Shown here: positions 1 to 9,979 of the stretch, piece by piece
Numbering within the stretch: the stretch's first letter is position 1
Layout: each line of letters opens with the position of its first letter
Origin: Armatimonadota bacterium
Lineage (GTDB): Bacteria > Sysuimicrobiota > Sysuimicrobiia > Sysuimicrobiales > Humicultoraceae
DNA: 60,195 nt
Direction: 5' to 3'
Assembly (NCBI GenBank): GCA_052386995.1
Contig: JBQTJP010000107.1
Coordinates: 1-60,195, forward strand
Notes under the pieces: generated by a model
Databases searched by the model: none
Told to the model about the DNA's origin: nothing
What the model saw: the letters and a program-made list of their open reading frames with translations, nothing else
Program-made: the position numbers and the translations under genes

Positions 1-726
1 GGCCCGGGCCGTCAGGTCATTCAGCGTCGTCTCCAATTGACGGGAAAGGGCGGTCAGCTCGGGCTCCGTGGCCTCCTCGGGGACCGAAATCACCTCCCCG
101 ATGGCCAGCACCGCCGCCGAGAACGGCAGCGGGATCTCAAAGTGGTCCCACGAGTCCAGGATGATCGTCCGCCGCATTGCCGCGCCGACGGGAATGAGCG
201 ACACGCCGGCGCGTTTCGCGACGAACGCGGCGCCGGGCTTGGCGCGATAGGACGGCCCGGCCGGCCCGTCGGCCGCGATGATACCGCCCGCACCCGTTTC
301 CAGCATGTGGAGAAACCGAATCACTCCGCGCGACTCGCTCGCAAAGGTCGCGGCGTCGAGCACCTGGTAGCCCATGTGCCGCAGCGAGGCGAGGGTGAAT
401 CGCCGCACCTGCTTCGACAGACCGCCGACCCGGCCGTCGCGCGGCTGGCTCGTGTAGATCACCAGCGGCGCCCCCTGAAAGAAGAGGACGGGGATCAGGC
501 CTTTCCCGTGCCAGACGACGAAGAGCAGCCGCCGACCGCTGCGGCGGGCCGCGGCCAGATACTCGTGGCCGTAAATACGGATATCGAGTGTGCTGTCGAC
601 CACGCGGAAGATTGCCAGCGCCGCCAGGGCAGCGGCCGACATGACGGCATCGCTGATCCGCTGGCTCCAGCCCGGCACGCCGGATTGACGGCCCGGCGCC
701 CTGCCCGCGTCAGCGGCGTGCGGCAC
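1..726 (-). CDS. DUF374-family (lysophospholipid-acyltransferase-like) protein; 3' end runs off the window
   Basis: Absent from the ORF track because no stop lies in the window. Reverse-strand translation (codons ending at base 1) reads ...FVVWHGKGLIPVLFF...IYTSQPRDGRVGG...IIAADGPAGPSYRAKPGAAFVAKRAGVSLIPVG...LDSWDHFEIPLPFS..., matching the DUF374 hallmarks as I recall them (WHG, DGPrGP, SWDrf.iPkPF). An in-frame stop at 733-735 bounds the 5' end. Candidate starts are GTG 726, GTG 678 and ATG 642. Confidence 0.7.
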   Translation of the reverse strand, partial: MPHAADAGRAPGRQSGVPGWSQRISDAVMSAAALAALAIFRVVDSTLDIRIYGHEYLAAARRSGRRLLFVVWHGKGLIPVLFFQGAPLVIYTSQPRDGRVGGLSKQVRRFTLASLRHMGYQVLDAATFASESRGVIRFLHMLETGAGGIIAADGPAGPSYRAKPGAAFVAKRAGVSLIPVGAAMRRTIILDSWDHFEIPLPFSAAVLAIGEVISVPEEATEPELTALSRQLETTLNDLTARA

Positions 727-749
727 CTGCGCTCAAGCGGTCGCCTTCC

Positions 750-1658
750 CTAGCCCTTCGAGCCTCCGCGATCGCCGCCGCCGAGCGCCTGTGAGGTCAT
801 GTCACCCAGCGGCCCGAGGAGCTTCGTAAACTCGAGCGGGAAGATGAACTTCGTCGCGGGGCTGGCGCCCAGGGCCTTGAGCGTCTCCAGATACTGCAGC
901 GCCATCGTCTTGCTGTCCACCGTCTTGGCCACGCTGAAGATCCTGTCGAGGGCCAGCGAGAAACCCTCGGCCCGCAAGACGGCCGCCTGCCGGTCGCCTT
1001 CGGCCCGGAGGATGGCCGACTGCTTGTCGCCTTCGGCGACGGTGATCGTGGCCTGCTTCTTGCCGTCGGCCTCGGTGACCACCGCGCGGCGCGTGCGCTC
1101 GGCCGACATCTGCCGCGTCATCGCCTCCTGCACGTCCTTGGGCGGCAGGATCTCGCGGATTTCGACGGTGGTGACCTTGACGCCCCACCGCTCTGTGACC
1201 TCGTCGAGCTTTGCGCGGAGCACGCTGTTGATCTGCTCGCGGCGGGCGAGCACGTCGTCGAGGACGATGTCGCCGATGACCGCGCGCAGCGTCGTGGTCG
1301 CAATGCCCCGCGCGGCGCCCGCGAAGTCCCCGACCGCGATAACCGTATGTTCGGGATCGACGACCTTCCAGTAAATGAGGAAGTCGATGTTGATCGGCGC
1401 GTTGTCGCGCGTGATACACGTCTGGGACGGGATCTCTAAGAACACTTCACGGAGATCGACCCACACGGCCCGGTCGATGACCGGCCACAGCCAGACGATC
1501 CCAGGTCCCCGCTGTCCCTGGCTCCGCCCGAGCCGGAACACGACGAGCCGCTGGTAATCTCGGACGATCTTGACCGCCGCGTTGAAGAGAATGATAACCG
1601 CAATGACGATGGCGACGCCGTAGGTCAACGTCGACACGATATCAGGCATGTAAGGCAC
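750..1658 (-). CDS. SPFH/band-7 (stomatin/prohibitin-like) membrane protein
   Basis: 302-aa ORF. N-terminal TM helix (LTYGVAIVIAVIILFNAAV), then an SPFH core (VVFRLGR...GPGIVWLWPVIDR...NIDFLIYWKVVDP) and an Ala/Glu/Arg-rich coiled-coil tail. Confidence 0.9.
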   Translation of the reverse strand: MPYMPDIVSTLTYGVAIVIAVIILFNAAVKIVRDYQRLVVFRLGRSQGQRGPGIVWLWPVIDRAVWVDLREVFLEIPSQTCITRDNAPINIDFLIYWKVVDPEHTVIAVGDFAGAARGIATTTLRAVIGDIVLDDVLARREQINSVLRAKLDEVTERWGVKVTTVEIREILPPKDVQEAMTRQMSAERTRRAVVTEADGKKQATITVAEGDKQSAILRAEGDRQAAVLRAEGFSLALDRIFSVAKTVDSKTMALQYLETLKALGASPATKFIFPLEFTKLLGPLGDMTSQALGGGDRGGSKG

Positions 1659-1776
1659 CCCCTAGGTGGCGCACAGTACTTCTGGCCTCCCCGCAGGGCC
1701 TCCTCCGGAGTGTCTTGAAAGTGGGTGCGGACACCGCGCGGCCGGGACGCGCGACTCCAGACGGAGGTGGGCTGGC

Positions 1777-2733
1777 ATGGCGGACTACGTCGTCGGGGTG
1801 GATCTGGGAGGCACGAAGATCCTGACCGCCCTGGTGGATGTCCACGGCAGGGTCGCCGGGCGCGTCCGGGAGAAGACGCCCCAGAGTGGCCCCGACGCCG
1901 TCATCGAGACCATCGCCGGCACGGTCCGGCGGGTCCTGGGGGACGCGGGCGTCGATGCCGGTGCGATCCGCAGCGTCGGTGTCGGCGCGCCGGGCCCGGC
2001 CGACCCCACATCCGGTGTGGTGTTCGAGGTACCGAACCTCCCTGGGTGGCACGATGTGCCGCTGGCGGCGATGCTCACCTCGCGCCTGGGCGTCACGACG
2101 TGCGTCGAGAACGATGCCAACGCCGCGGCCATGGGCGAGCGGTGGGCCGGCGCGGGTCGCGGGATTGACGATCTCATTTACATGACGATCAGCACGGGCA
2201 TCGGCGGCGGCTTGATCTTCAACGGCCGGATCTACCGGGGGGTCTCGGGGACGGCAGGCGAAGTCGGCCACATGGTTATCGACCCCGCCGGTCCGCGGTG
2301 CCCCTGCGGACGAATGGGATGTCTGGAGGCTCTGGCGTCGGGCACGTCGATCGCCCGCGATGCCCGGGCCGCCGTCGCGGCGGGGCGGTCCACCACGCTC
2401 TCCACGCTTGCGCCAGAGGCGCTGACCGCCGCCGAGGTGGCACGCGCGGCGCGTGAGGACGATCCGCTGGCCAGGGAGCTCTTCGCCCGCGCGGCCCGCT
2501 ATGTGGGGATCGGCGTCGCGAATCTGGTCAATCTCTTGAACCCCGCGATGGTCATCATCGGCGGCGGCGTCGCCAAGGCCGGCGACCTGCTCTTCGCGCC
2601 CGTACGGCGCATCGTCCTCGAGGAGGCGTTCAAACGTCCGGCGGCGGCCGTGCGGATCGTGCCGGCGGCGCTGGGGGACGATGTCGGCGCGGTCGGTGCG
2701 GCGGCCGTGGCGATCGAGCGGGACCGCGCCTAG
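1777..2733 (+). CDS. ROK-family glucokinase
   Basis: [16 protein letters not shown]-terminus (ATPase phosphate-1 motif), ENDANAAA, and the ROK zinc motif [24 protein letters not shown] 1777 follows a GGAGGTGG SD at 1763-1770. The track ORF start at 1666 adds non-homologous sequence. Confidence 0.9.
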   Translation: MADYVVGVDLGGTKILTALVDVHGRVAGRVREKTPQSGPDAVIETIAGTVRRVLGDAGVDAGAIRSVGVGAPGPADPTSGVVFEVPNLPGWHDVPLAAMLTSRLGVTTCVENDANAAAMGERWAGAGRGIDDLIYMTISTGIGGGLIFNGRIYRGVSGTAGEVGHMVIDPAGPRCPCGRMGCLEALASGTSIARDARAAVAAGRSTTLSTLAPEALTAAEVARAAREDDPLARELFARAARYVGIGVANLVNLLNPAMVIIGGGVAKAGDLLFAPVRRIVLEEAFKRPAAAVRIVPAALGDDVGAVGAAAVAIERDRA

Positions 2734-4082
2734 GGTGTCTCGGGGTCGATGCGCCGCTGCACGAAATTCGTGTAGACTTCGCCGCGCCGGAAGAAGGCAT
2801 TGTCCACGACGCGGAGATGGAAGGGGATCGTCGTGCGAATCCCACCGATCTCGAACTCGCCCAGCGCACGGCGCATCCGTGCGATGGCTTCGCTACGGTC
2901 GCGCCCCCATGTGATGAGCTTGGCGATGAGCGAGTCGTAGTGCGGGGGGATCGTATACCCTGTGTAGCAGTGGGTGTCGACGCGCACGCCCGGACCGCCC
3001 GGTGCATGGAAGGCCGTGATCACGCCGGGTGAAGGCCGGAAGTCGTGCCGGGGATCTTCGGCATTGATGCGGCATTCGAGGGCGTGCCCGCGCAGTTCGA
3101 CATCCCGCTGCCCGAACGGCAGCCGCTCGCCCGCGGCGATGCGGATCTGTTCTTTGACCAGATCGAGCCCGGTCACCATCTCGGTCACCGGATGTTCGAC
3201 CTGGATGCGCGTGTTCATCTCCATGAAGTAGAAGTTCTCGTGGGCGTCCACCAGGAATTCAACGGTCCCGGCGTTCACGTAGCCGATCGTGTGGGCGGCG
3301 CGGACCGCGGCGCGCGTGAGCCCGGCCAGCGTGCGCTCGCGCAGCCGGGGCGGCGGCGATTCCTCGATCAATTTCTGGTGGCGGCGTTGAATGGAGCAGT
3401 CGCGGGCGCCCAGGTGCACGATGCTCCCGTGGCGGTCCGCGAGTATCTGGACCTCGACGTGGCGGGGTTCGGTGATGTACTTCTCGATGTAGACTTGACC
3501 GTCGCCGAAGGCGGCTTCCGACTCGCCGCGCGCGGTCTGCAGCGCCACGTCCAGGTCCTGGGGCGTGTGCACGACGCGCATACCGCGCCCACCGCCTCCG
3601 GCCGCCGCCTTGATGATGAGCGGGAAGCCCACGATTCGCGCGATCTCACGCGCATCGCGCTCGCCGGTGACCGCTCCGTTGCTGCCCGGGATCACCGGGA
3701 CGCCGGCCTTCTGCATCCGGTCGCGCGCGGCCGATTTGTTCCCCATGGCCTCGATGGCCCGCGGCGGGGGGCCGACGAACGCGATCTTGCAGTCGGCCAC
3801 GATCTCGGCGAAGTGCGCGTTCTCCGCGAGAAAGCCGTATCCCGGATGGATCGCATCGACACCAAGGAGCTCGGCGGTGCTCATGATGTTTGGGATGTTC
3901 AGGTAGGAGGTGGCCGGGGCGGCGGGGCCGATGCAGAAGGCTTCATCGGCCAGCCTGACGTGCAGCGAAGACCGATCGGCCTCCGAGTAGACGGCCACGG
4001 TGCGGATGCCCATCTCCTGGCACGCCTGGATCACGCGGACGGCGATTTCCCCGCGGTTGGCAACCAGCATCTTGCGGAACAC
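2730..4082 (-). CDS. accC: acetyl-CoA carboxylase, biotin carboxylase subunit
   Basis: 450 aa, [21 protein letters not shown]..., ATP-grasp [10 protein letters not shown]. Full-length similarity to AccC. The GTG start lies 3 nt after the accB stop. Confidence 0.96.
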   Translation of the reverse strand: MFRKMLVANRGEIAVRVIQACQEMGIRTVAVYSEADRSSLHVRLADEAFCIGPAAPATSYLNIPNIMSTAELLGVDAIHPGYGFLAENAHFAEIVADCKIAFVGPPPRAIEAMGNKSAARDRMQKAGVPVIPGSNGAVTGERDAREIARIVGFPLIIKAAAGGGGRGMRVVHTPQDLDVALQTARGESEAAFGDGQVYIEKYITEPRHVEVQILADRHGSIVHLGARDCSIQRRHQKLIEESPPPRLRERTLAGLTRAAVRAAHTIGYVNAGTVEFLVDAHENFYFMEMNTRIQVEHPVTEMVTGLDLVKEQIRIAAGERLPFGQRDVELRGHALECRINAEDPRHDFRPSPGVITAFHAPGGPGVRVDTHCYTGYTIPPHYDSLIAKLITWGRDRSEAIARMRRALGEFEIGGIRTTIPFHLRVVDNAFFRRGEVYTNFVQRRIDPETP

Positions 4083-4085
4083 GGC

Positions 4086-4562
4086 TTAACTCCGCGCGGC
4101 GGAGGTATCCAGGAGGAAGAGCGGCTGCCCGAATTCGACGGGCGCGGCGTTCTCGACGAGCACTTTGGCAATCCGGCCGGGCACCTCGGCCTGAATTTCG
4201 TTGAACAGTTTCATCGCTTCGATGATGCAGATCACTTGACCTTCGTCAACGAGGTCACCCTCTTTGACGAACGGCGCGGCATCTGGCGATGCCGCGCGGT
4301 AAAACGTGCCGACCATCGGCGCGACCGCAGGCACCAGGTGGTCCTCGTTGGCGGTCGTGGCGGCCGGCGCGCTCGAGGGCGATGCGTGCGTGGGATTGTC
4401 ATGGGCCCCTGACGGGGGGATCTGGACGTGGACGGGACCGCCACTCGCTTTGCGGACGCGGACCTTCAAGCTGGGCGTCTCAATCTCGAGCTCGGTGACG
4501 TCCGACTCGGCGGCGATGCGCACAACCTCGCGGACCTGATCAAAGTCGATGCGATCGGTCAT
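4086..4562 (-). CDS. accB: acetyl-CoA carboxylase biotin carboxyl carrier protein
   Basis: 158 aa from ATG 4562 (MTDRIDFDQVREV...). Pro/Ala linker and biotinylation motif EAMKLFNEI. The ATG overlaps the accA stop (ATGA). The upstream part of the 244-aa track ORF is Arg/Gly-rich non-coding-like sequence. Confidence 0.93.
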   Translation of the reverse strand: MTDRIDFDQVREVVRIAAESDVTELEIETPSLKVRVRKASGGPVHVQIPPSGAHDNPTHASPSSAPAATTANEDHLVPAVAPMVGTFYRAASPDAAPFVKEGDLVDEGQVICIIEAMKLFNEIQAEVPGRIAKVLVENAAPVEFGQPLFLLDTSAARS

Positions 4563-5554
4563 GCCTGTTCCTCGTAGTATCCCATGCGCCGGTATTTGGC
4601 GTAGCGGCGTTCCAGGAGCGCATCGACGGGCAATGCATCCAGCGCCGTCAGATGCCGGCGCAGGGTCTCCCGCACGGCGCCAACGGTGGCCTCGGCGTCG
4701 AGATGCGCCCCCCCGCGCGGCTCCGGAATGACTTCGTCGATGACGCCCAGCGTGACCAGATCCATTGCTGTGAGGCGGAGCGCCGCTGCGGCCTCGCGGG
4801 CCCGCAGCGCGTCGTGCCACAGGATGGCCGCGCAGCCTTCCGGTGGAATCACGGTGTAGATGGCATTCTCGAGCATCAAGACCGCGTCGCCGACCGCGAT
4901 GGCCAGCGCCCCGCCGCTGCCGCCCTCGCCGGTGATGACGACCAGGACGGGTACGCGCAGGCGCGTCATCTCCTCGATGTTCCGGGCAATCGCCTCGGCC
5001 TGTCCGCGCTCCTCGGCGGCGTCCCCGGGATAGGCTGCGGGTGTGTCGATGATGCTGATGATGGGGTAGCCGAACTTTTCGGCGAGCTTCATGACGCGCA
5101 ACGCTTTGCGGTAGCCTTCGGGATAGGGCATGCCGAAGTTATGGGCGATGTTCTCGCGCGTGTCCTTGCCCTTATACGGCGCGATCGCGGCCACAGGCCG
5201 CCCATCGAACCATCCCAATCCGGCCATCAACGCCGGGTCGTCGCGGAACGCGCGATCGCCGTGGAGCTCGGTGAAATCGGTCAGCAGGGCGCCGACAAAC
5301 TCCTGAGCCTTTGGACGCTGCAGGTGCCGTGCCAGGGCCACGGCCTGCCACGCCGTGCGGGTGTCCGCCAGCGTCCGGCGCAGCCGGTCGGCGCGGGCCT
5401 CGAGCGTGCGCCGCACCCCGCCGCCGTCATGCGGGTCTTTCTCTCCCCGGCGCCGCAGCCCATCCAGGTCGCGCACAACCCCGGCCAGCTCGGCCTCGAG
5501 TGCGACGGCTCTCGCCTCGGCTTCTCGATCATATTCGGGGAGCACGGTTCCCAT
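4559..5554 (-). CDS. accA: acetyl-CoA carboxylase carboxyltransferase alpha subunit
   Basis: 331 aa from ATG 5554 (MGTVLPEYDREAE...). Contains RHLQRPKAQEFV, FDGRPVAAIAPYKG, IIDTPAAYPG and GEGGSGGALA. The start lies 2 nt after the accD stop. Confidence 0.93.
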   Translation of the reverse strand: MGTVLPEYDREAEARAVALEAELAGVVRDLDGLRRRGEKDPHDGGGVRRTLEARADRLRRTLADTRTAWQAVALARHLQRPKAQEFVGALLTDFTELHGDRAFRDDPALMAGLGWFDGRPVAAIAPYKGKDTRENIAHNFGMPYPEGYRKALRVMKLAEKFGYPIISIIDTPAAYPGDAAEERGQAEAIARNIEEMTRLRVPVLVVITGEGGSGGALAIAVGDAVLMLENAIYTVIPPEGCAAILWHDALRAREAAAALRLTAMDLVTLGVIDEVIPEPRGGAHLDAEATVGAVRETLRRHLTALDALPVDALLERRYAKYRRMGYYEEQA

Positions 5555-5556
5555 GA

Positions 5557-6483
5557 CTACGGGTCCGTGGACGCCTCGGAGTCCGAGGCCCCAACAGGCG
5601 CGGGTGCCGCGTCGGCGTGCGCTTCGTCCGACGCCGGAGGCGCCGGCGTCACGTGGGGTGCGCCGAAGAAGCGCAGCAATCGGGCCAGCGTCGGTCGCAA
5701 CTGGGCGCGCGGGACGACCATGTCGATCAACCCGTGCTCCAGGCAGAACTCGGCGGTTTGAAAATTCTCGGGAAGCGTGCGCCGGATCGTCTGCTCGATG
5801 ACGCGCCGTCCCGCAAAGCCGATCAGCGCGCCGGGCTCCGCCAGGATCACGTCGCCTAAGAACGCAAAGCTCGCCGTGACCCCGCCCGTGGTGGGGTCGC
5901 ACATCACCGACAGGTACGGCAGCCGCGCGTCGTGGAGTCGCGCGATGCCGGCGCTCGTCTTTGCCAGCTGCATCAGCGACAGCGCGCCTTCCTGCATCCG
6001 CGCGCCGCCGGACGCCGAGAAGATGACGAGCGGCAGACGCGTCGCCACGGCGCGCTCGGCGATCCGTGTGACCTTCTCGCCCACGACCGAGCCCATCGAT
6101 CCGCCCATGAACGGAAAGTCCAGCGCCCCGACCGCGGTGCGATATCCCTCGATCGCCCCGGTCCCGATGATCGCGGCATCGGCGTTTCCGGTCTTGGCCC
6201 TGGCCTCGGCGAGCTTCTCACGGTACCCGTCGAAGCGAAGCGGATCACCCGAGGTCAGCGTCGCGTCCAGTTCGACAAAGGAGTTCTCGTCGAGCGTGAT
6301 GGCCAGCCGCTCCTCCGCCGACAGGCGGTTGTGGAGCCCGCACTTTGGGCAGACGCGAAGGTTGCGCTCGAGCTCCCGGTGGTAGATGACCGCCGCGCAG
6401 CGGGCGCATTTCGCCCACAGGCCGGCGGGGATATCGCGGCGCTGGATCGACGTGTACTTCGGACGGCGCAGCCAGTTCAGCAT
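5557..6483 (-). CDS. accD: acetyl-CoA carboxylase carboxyltransferase beta subunit
   Basis: 308 aa. N-terminal Cys4 zinc finger (CARCAAVIY...CPKCGLH), followed by FPFMGGSMGSVVGEK and SASGGARMQEG. Confidence 0.95.
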   Translation of the reverse strand: MLNWLRRPKYTSIQRRDIPAGLWAKCARCAAVIYHRELERNLRVCPKCGLHNRLSAEERLAITLDENSFVELDATLTSGDPLRFDGYREKLAEARAKTGNADAAIIGTGAIEGYRTAVGALDFPFMGGSMGSVVGEKVTRIAERAVATRLPLVIFSASGGARMQEGALSLMQLAKTSAGIARLHDARLPYLSVMCDPTTGGVTASFAFLGDVILAEPGALIGFAGRRVIEQTIRRTLPENFQTAEFCLEHGLIDMVVPRAQLRPTLARLLRFFGAPHVTPAPPASDEAHADAAPAPVGASDSEASTDP

Positions 6484-6506
6484 GTGCGCCTCGCAAACAG
6501 CAGATC

Positions 6507-6526
6507 GGCGGGCGCAGCCGCCCGCC
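6507..6526 (-). terminator. GC hairpin between the cyclase gene stop and the accD start (terminator of the cyclase gene and/or accD leader structure)
   Basis: ggcgggcg-cagc-cgcccgcc, a perfect 8-bp stem with a 4-nt loop. On the coding (minus) strand it is followed by gatctgctgtttgcg, which is only moderately U-rich. Confidence 0.4.
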
Positions 6527-6538
6527 AGTCTTCCCCGG

Positions 6539-6544
6539 ATTATA
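6539..6544 (-). promoter_or_regulatory. candidate -10 hexamer (TATAAT) for the acc operon, overlapping the cyclase stop codon
   Basis: The minus strand reads ctgcggTATAATcc. The hexamer contains the TAA stop (6542-6540) and sits about 55 nt upstream of the accD ATG. The -35 is weak (TGGCGG). Confidence 0.3.
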
Positions 6545-9500
6545 CCGCAGGCTGGGCGACGCCGCCAGCGGAGGCCAGACGGGCCTCGGTCTCGCGCACC
6601 AGGTGTGCGGCGCCGATCCCGGCAAAGAGGTCGCGGGCGCGCGCCAAGACCGGGCGCGCCCGCTCGGGCTGATTGAGCAGCAGCAGCGCTTCCCCGTACT
6701 TGAGAAGCGTGGTTGCCAGATCGATCCGGTATTCCTTGCGCTCCAGAATCTCGATGCTCTCACGGAACAGGGCTTCGGCGTCGTCGGCCCTGCCCTGCGC
6801 GGCGCGGACCTTGCCCAGCGTTGCCGCCACGGTCTCCCTGCTGATTTCGTCCTGATCGGCCAGGCCGGCCAGGGCCTGCTCAGCGTACTCTGCCGCGGCG
6901 AGCACGTCGCCGCGGGCCAGGGAGACCTCCGCGAGCCCGCGGAGGAGCATGGTGTTCTCGAACTTCGCGCCGTGCTCCCAGCGCAGGGCCCGTGCCGTCT
7001 GAAATTCCTGTTCCGCCTCGTCCAGCCTGCCCCATCGCAGGTGATGCATCCCGAGATTGCGGCGCACATTGGCCTCCATCATCGGGTCGCCGAGCGCCTG
7101 ACGAAGGGCGATTGCCTCATGATACAGGCGGACGGCCTCCTCGGAGTCGCCGGCCAGGTGCGCCAGTTTAGCGAGACCGAGCACGCTCGAGGCCTCGCTG
7201 ATCCGCTCGTGGTGCGTTTTGGCCGTCTGGGCTGCGAGCGTGAACAAGGCTCTCGCTTCGGTCAGGTTGCCGCTATTCAGCAGCGAGTGACCGCGCCACG
7301 CCATCGTGCGGGCCATCCCCTGGCCATCGCCCAACTCGCGGTAGAGGTCTTGGGCCTGCATGTACGCGTCCTGCGCGCGGGAGAGCTTCCCCCGGAGTTC
7401 GTCGGTAATCGACGCCAGGACCTCCAACGCTTCGGCCTGACCGTGCCGGTCGTTCAACTTTCCGAACAACTCCAAGGCTCGATGCAGGGCCTCTTCGGCC
7501 GGCTGAAGCCGGGCGCGATCCCACTCGGCGATGGCGCGGTTCAGCCAGGCCCGGGCCAGCAGATCGTCCCTCCCGATCGTCGGCGCGAGCCGGAGCACCG
7601 TGTCCGTATCCTTGAAGATCAGGTCGGGGAGGGACATCCACTTCACGACCTCGGTCCGCTCTGTCAACACCTCCAGGAGCAGCGCGGTATCGTCAACGAG
7701 TCCAGCGTTCTTCACGATCGAGAGCGAACGGTCGAACATGCGGCGCGCCTCGGGAAAGGTCCTCAGCGCAGCCGCCCGCGCTCCGGCCTGGCGCAGCGCC
7801 GCGATCGCCGATCGGGCGAGCACGGGCGCCCGGTCGCCTGTCTCGACCCTGTATCGCCAGGCATGCTCCCGATGGGCCGCGAGCGCCGCAAGAAACTCGC
7901 CTTCCCTCCCGCCGACCGTGCGGGAGAGCCAGTCGGCGAAGCGGATGTGCCGTTCGCTCCTCGCGGCCTTGGGGACGCTCGCATACGCCACCTCGCGGAT
8001 GAGCGCATGCGTGAACGCAAACTCGCGCTCCTCGGCCACCGACGATGTCGCCCGTTCTTCCACCAGGTCCCGCTCCTGCAACCTGCGCAGGGCGGCCGCC
8101 GCCTCGGCCGCGGTCAACTCGCTTGTGGCGACGAGCGAGCCGAGCCAGAACACGCGGCCCGCGATCGACGCGTCCTGAATGGCGCGTTTTTCCAGCGCGG
8201 ACAGCAGGTCGAGCCGTGAGGCCAGAATGCCGTGAATCGTGTCCGGGATGCGGATCTCCAGTGGAGGCGCCGTCCAGCGCCACCCGTCTCCCTCGCTCGC
8301 CAGCGCTCCCGTCTCGACCAGCATGTGGAGGATCTCCTGAATGAAAAACGGATTGCCCTCCGCCTTGGCGAGGATGACGTCGTAGATGTTGGCCGGCGCG
8401 GCCCGATGCTTCAGCAACTCGGCGATCAGCCGGCGGCTGATCCCGTGGTCGAGCGGCGCCAGGGAGACAGCCGTGTAGTTCCGGATACCGGCCCCCCAAT
8501 CGGGGTGCTGCTCGAGCATCTCCGGCCGCGCCAGACAGAGGATGAGGATCGGACCATCGCCACCGCGCATCGCCAGGTGCGTCAGCAGTTCGAGGAGGCT
8601 CTCCTCGGCCCAGTGCAGATCCTCGAACGCGAGAAGCAGTGGCCCGCGCTGAGCCTTGGCCATGAGGAACGCGTGCAGCGACAGCAGCAGGGCATCGGCG
8701 GCCGACCGGCGGTCGTGCGCGCCGCTGGAGGATCGCGCCGGGATCGTCACCCCGAGCAGGGGCGCCAGGTCAGCAACGATGCGCTCGCTTTCGAGGGCGC
8801 CGAGTGCCGGCTCACAGACGGCTGAGATCTGCGCCCGAAGTTTCTCGCTCATCACGTCCGAGGGATCACTATCCTTGATGCCGCACTCGTCCCTCAGCAT
8901 CTCGGCGAGCGGCCGGTACGTCAGGCCCTCCCCGTAGGCGGGACACCGGCCGCGCAGCACCTGAGGGGGCGACTGGCCCTCCCAAAGGCGTTCGAGCACA
9001 TCATCCACCAGGCGGGTCTTTCCGACGCCCGCCGCCCCGAGGATCGTCGCCAGATGCGGCTTCCGGCCTTCGACCACGCGCCGGTACAGCGCCAGCAGGA
9101 ACCGCAACTCATCCTCACGTCCAACGAGCGACGCGCGCAGCCGCCGTCCGGATGCCGAGGCCTCCGCCAGGCCCGCGACCTGCCAGCGGGGCCGGCCTTC
9201 GAAATCACCGTCGCCGGCCGGAGGGAGCGGCCGGTAGTCCACGCGGTGGCGGGTCGTCCCGCGCGTCCGTTCATCGACAACGATACCGTCGGGAGGCGCC
9301 TGTTGCTGAAACCGGGCAGCCAGGTTCACCACGTCACCGGTGACCATGAACTCGCCCGCGGCGACAGCGCGGGGATCGGCGATCACTTCGCCGGTGCTGA
9401 TGCCGATGCGGATGTGCAGGTCGGCGTGCAGGCGCGCATTGAGCGCCGGCATCCGCCCCTGCATCGCCACGGCCGCCCGGACCGCCCGCTCGGGGTCGTC

Positions 9501-9872
9501 CTCGTGCGCGACGGGGAGACCGAACACCGACATTACGGCGTCGCCGATGAACTTCTCCACGACGCCGCCGTGGCGCACGACTTCCTCCCGCATCGCGCCA
9601 AAGTACTCGCCCTGAATCACCCGTGTCTCTTCCGGATCGAGGCGCGCGGCCAGCGGGGTGGAGGCGACCAGATCCGCAAACAGGACGCTCAGCACCCGTC
9701 GCTCAACCTGGACTGCCTCCCCCAGCGGCGTTCCGCACCGCAGGCAGAACTGTGCGTCCAGGGGGTTGTTGGTCTTGCAATTGGGGCACGCCCGAAAGAG
9801 GGCCGTCCCGCAGCGCATGCAGAACTGCGCCTCGGGCGGATTTTCTTTTCCACACCGCGGGCACGTGATCAT
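6540..9872 (-). CDS. multidomain signalling protein: double zinc ribbon + class III adenylate/guanylate cyclase + STAND/AAA ATPase + TPR array
   Basis: 1110 aa. Two CxxC...CxxC ribbons (CPRCG...CMRCG; CPNCK...CLRCG). Cyclase core (VLFADLVASTPL...KFIGDAVMSVFG...IRIGISTGEV). Walker A GAAGVGKTRLV, then a long TPR-like helical repeat region. No HTH is visible at the C-terminus. Confidence 0.9.
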   Translation of the reverse strand: MITCPRCGKENPPEAQFCMRCGTALFRACPNCKTNNPLDAQFCLRCGTPLGEAVQVERRVLSVLFADLVASTPLAARLDPEETRVIQGEYFGAMREEVVRHGGVVEKFIGDAVMSVFGLPVAHEDDPERAVRAAVAMQGRMPALNARLHADLHIRIGISTGEVIADPRAVAAGEFMVTGDVVNLAARFQQQAPPDGIVVDERTRGTTRHRVDYRPLPPAGDGDFEGRPRWQVAGLAEASASGRRLRASLVGREDELRFLLALYRRVVEGRKPHLATILGAAGVGKTRLVDDVLERLWEGQSPPQVLRGRCPAYGEGLTYRPLAEMLRDECGIKDSDPSDVMSEKLRAQISAVCEPALGALESERIVADLAPLLGVTIPARSSSGAHDRRSAADALLLSLHAFLMAKAQRGPLLLAFEDLHWAEESLLELLTHLAMRGGDGPILILCLARPEMLEQHPDWGAGIRNYTAVSLAPLDHGISRRLIAELLKHRAAPANIYDVILAKAEGNPFFIQEILHMLVETGALASEGDGWRWTAPPLEIRIPDTIHGILASRLDLLSALEKRAIQDASIAGRVFWLGSLVATSELTAAEAAAALRRLQERDLVEERATSSVAEEREFAFTHALIREVAYASVPKAARSERHIRFADWLSRTVGGREGEFLAALAAHREHAWRYRVETGDRAPVLARSAIAALRQAGARAAALRTFPEARRMFDRSLSIVKNAGLVDDTALLLEVLTERTEVVKWMSLPDLIFKDTDTVLRLAPTIGRDDLLARAWLNRAIAEWDRARLQPAEEALHRALELFGKLNDRHGQAEALEVLASITDELRGKLSRAQDAYMQAQDLYRELGDGQGMARTMAWRGHSLLNSGNLTEARALFTLAAQTAKTHHERISEASSVLGLAKLAHLAGDSEEAVRLYHEAIALRQALGDPMMEANVRRNLGMHHLRWGRLDEAEQEFQTARALRWEHGAKFENTMLLRGLAEVSLARGDVLAAAEYAEQALAGLADQDEISRETVAATLGKVRAAQGRADDAEALFRESIEILERKEYRIDLATTLLKYGEALLLLNQPERARPVLARARDLFAGIGAAHLVRETEARLASAGGVAQPAV

Positions 9873-9979
9873 GAGGGGTCTCTCCGCCGATGACCTACTG
9901 CGATTGAGGTGGACACGCTACCCGACCACATCGCGGAAGATACGCAGGAAGTTTGTGCCCAACAATCCTGTGATCTCGC

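Noticed and set aside
37-753. 238-aa plus-strand ORF at the left edge
   Set aside because: It has Arg/Gly/Pro/His-rich composition with no recognisable family. It lies exactly antisense to a reverse-strand frame with clear DUF374 motifs, which the track misses because that gene runs off the window.
3045-4412. 455-aa plus-strand ORF
   Set aside because: It is an antisense shadow of accC/accB, which have unambiguous full-length similarity. The composition is typical of high-GC antisense frames.
6603-8219. 538-aa plus-strand ORF
   Set aside because: It is antisense to the cyclase/STAND/TPR gene, and no motifs are present.
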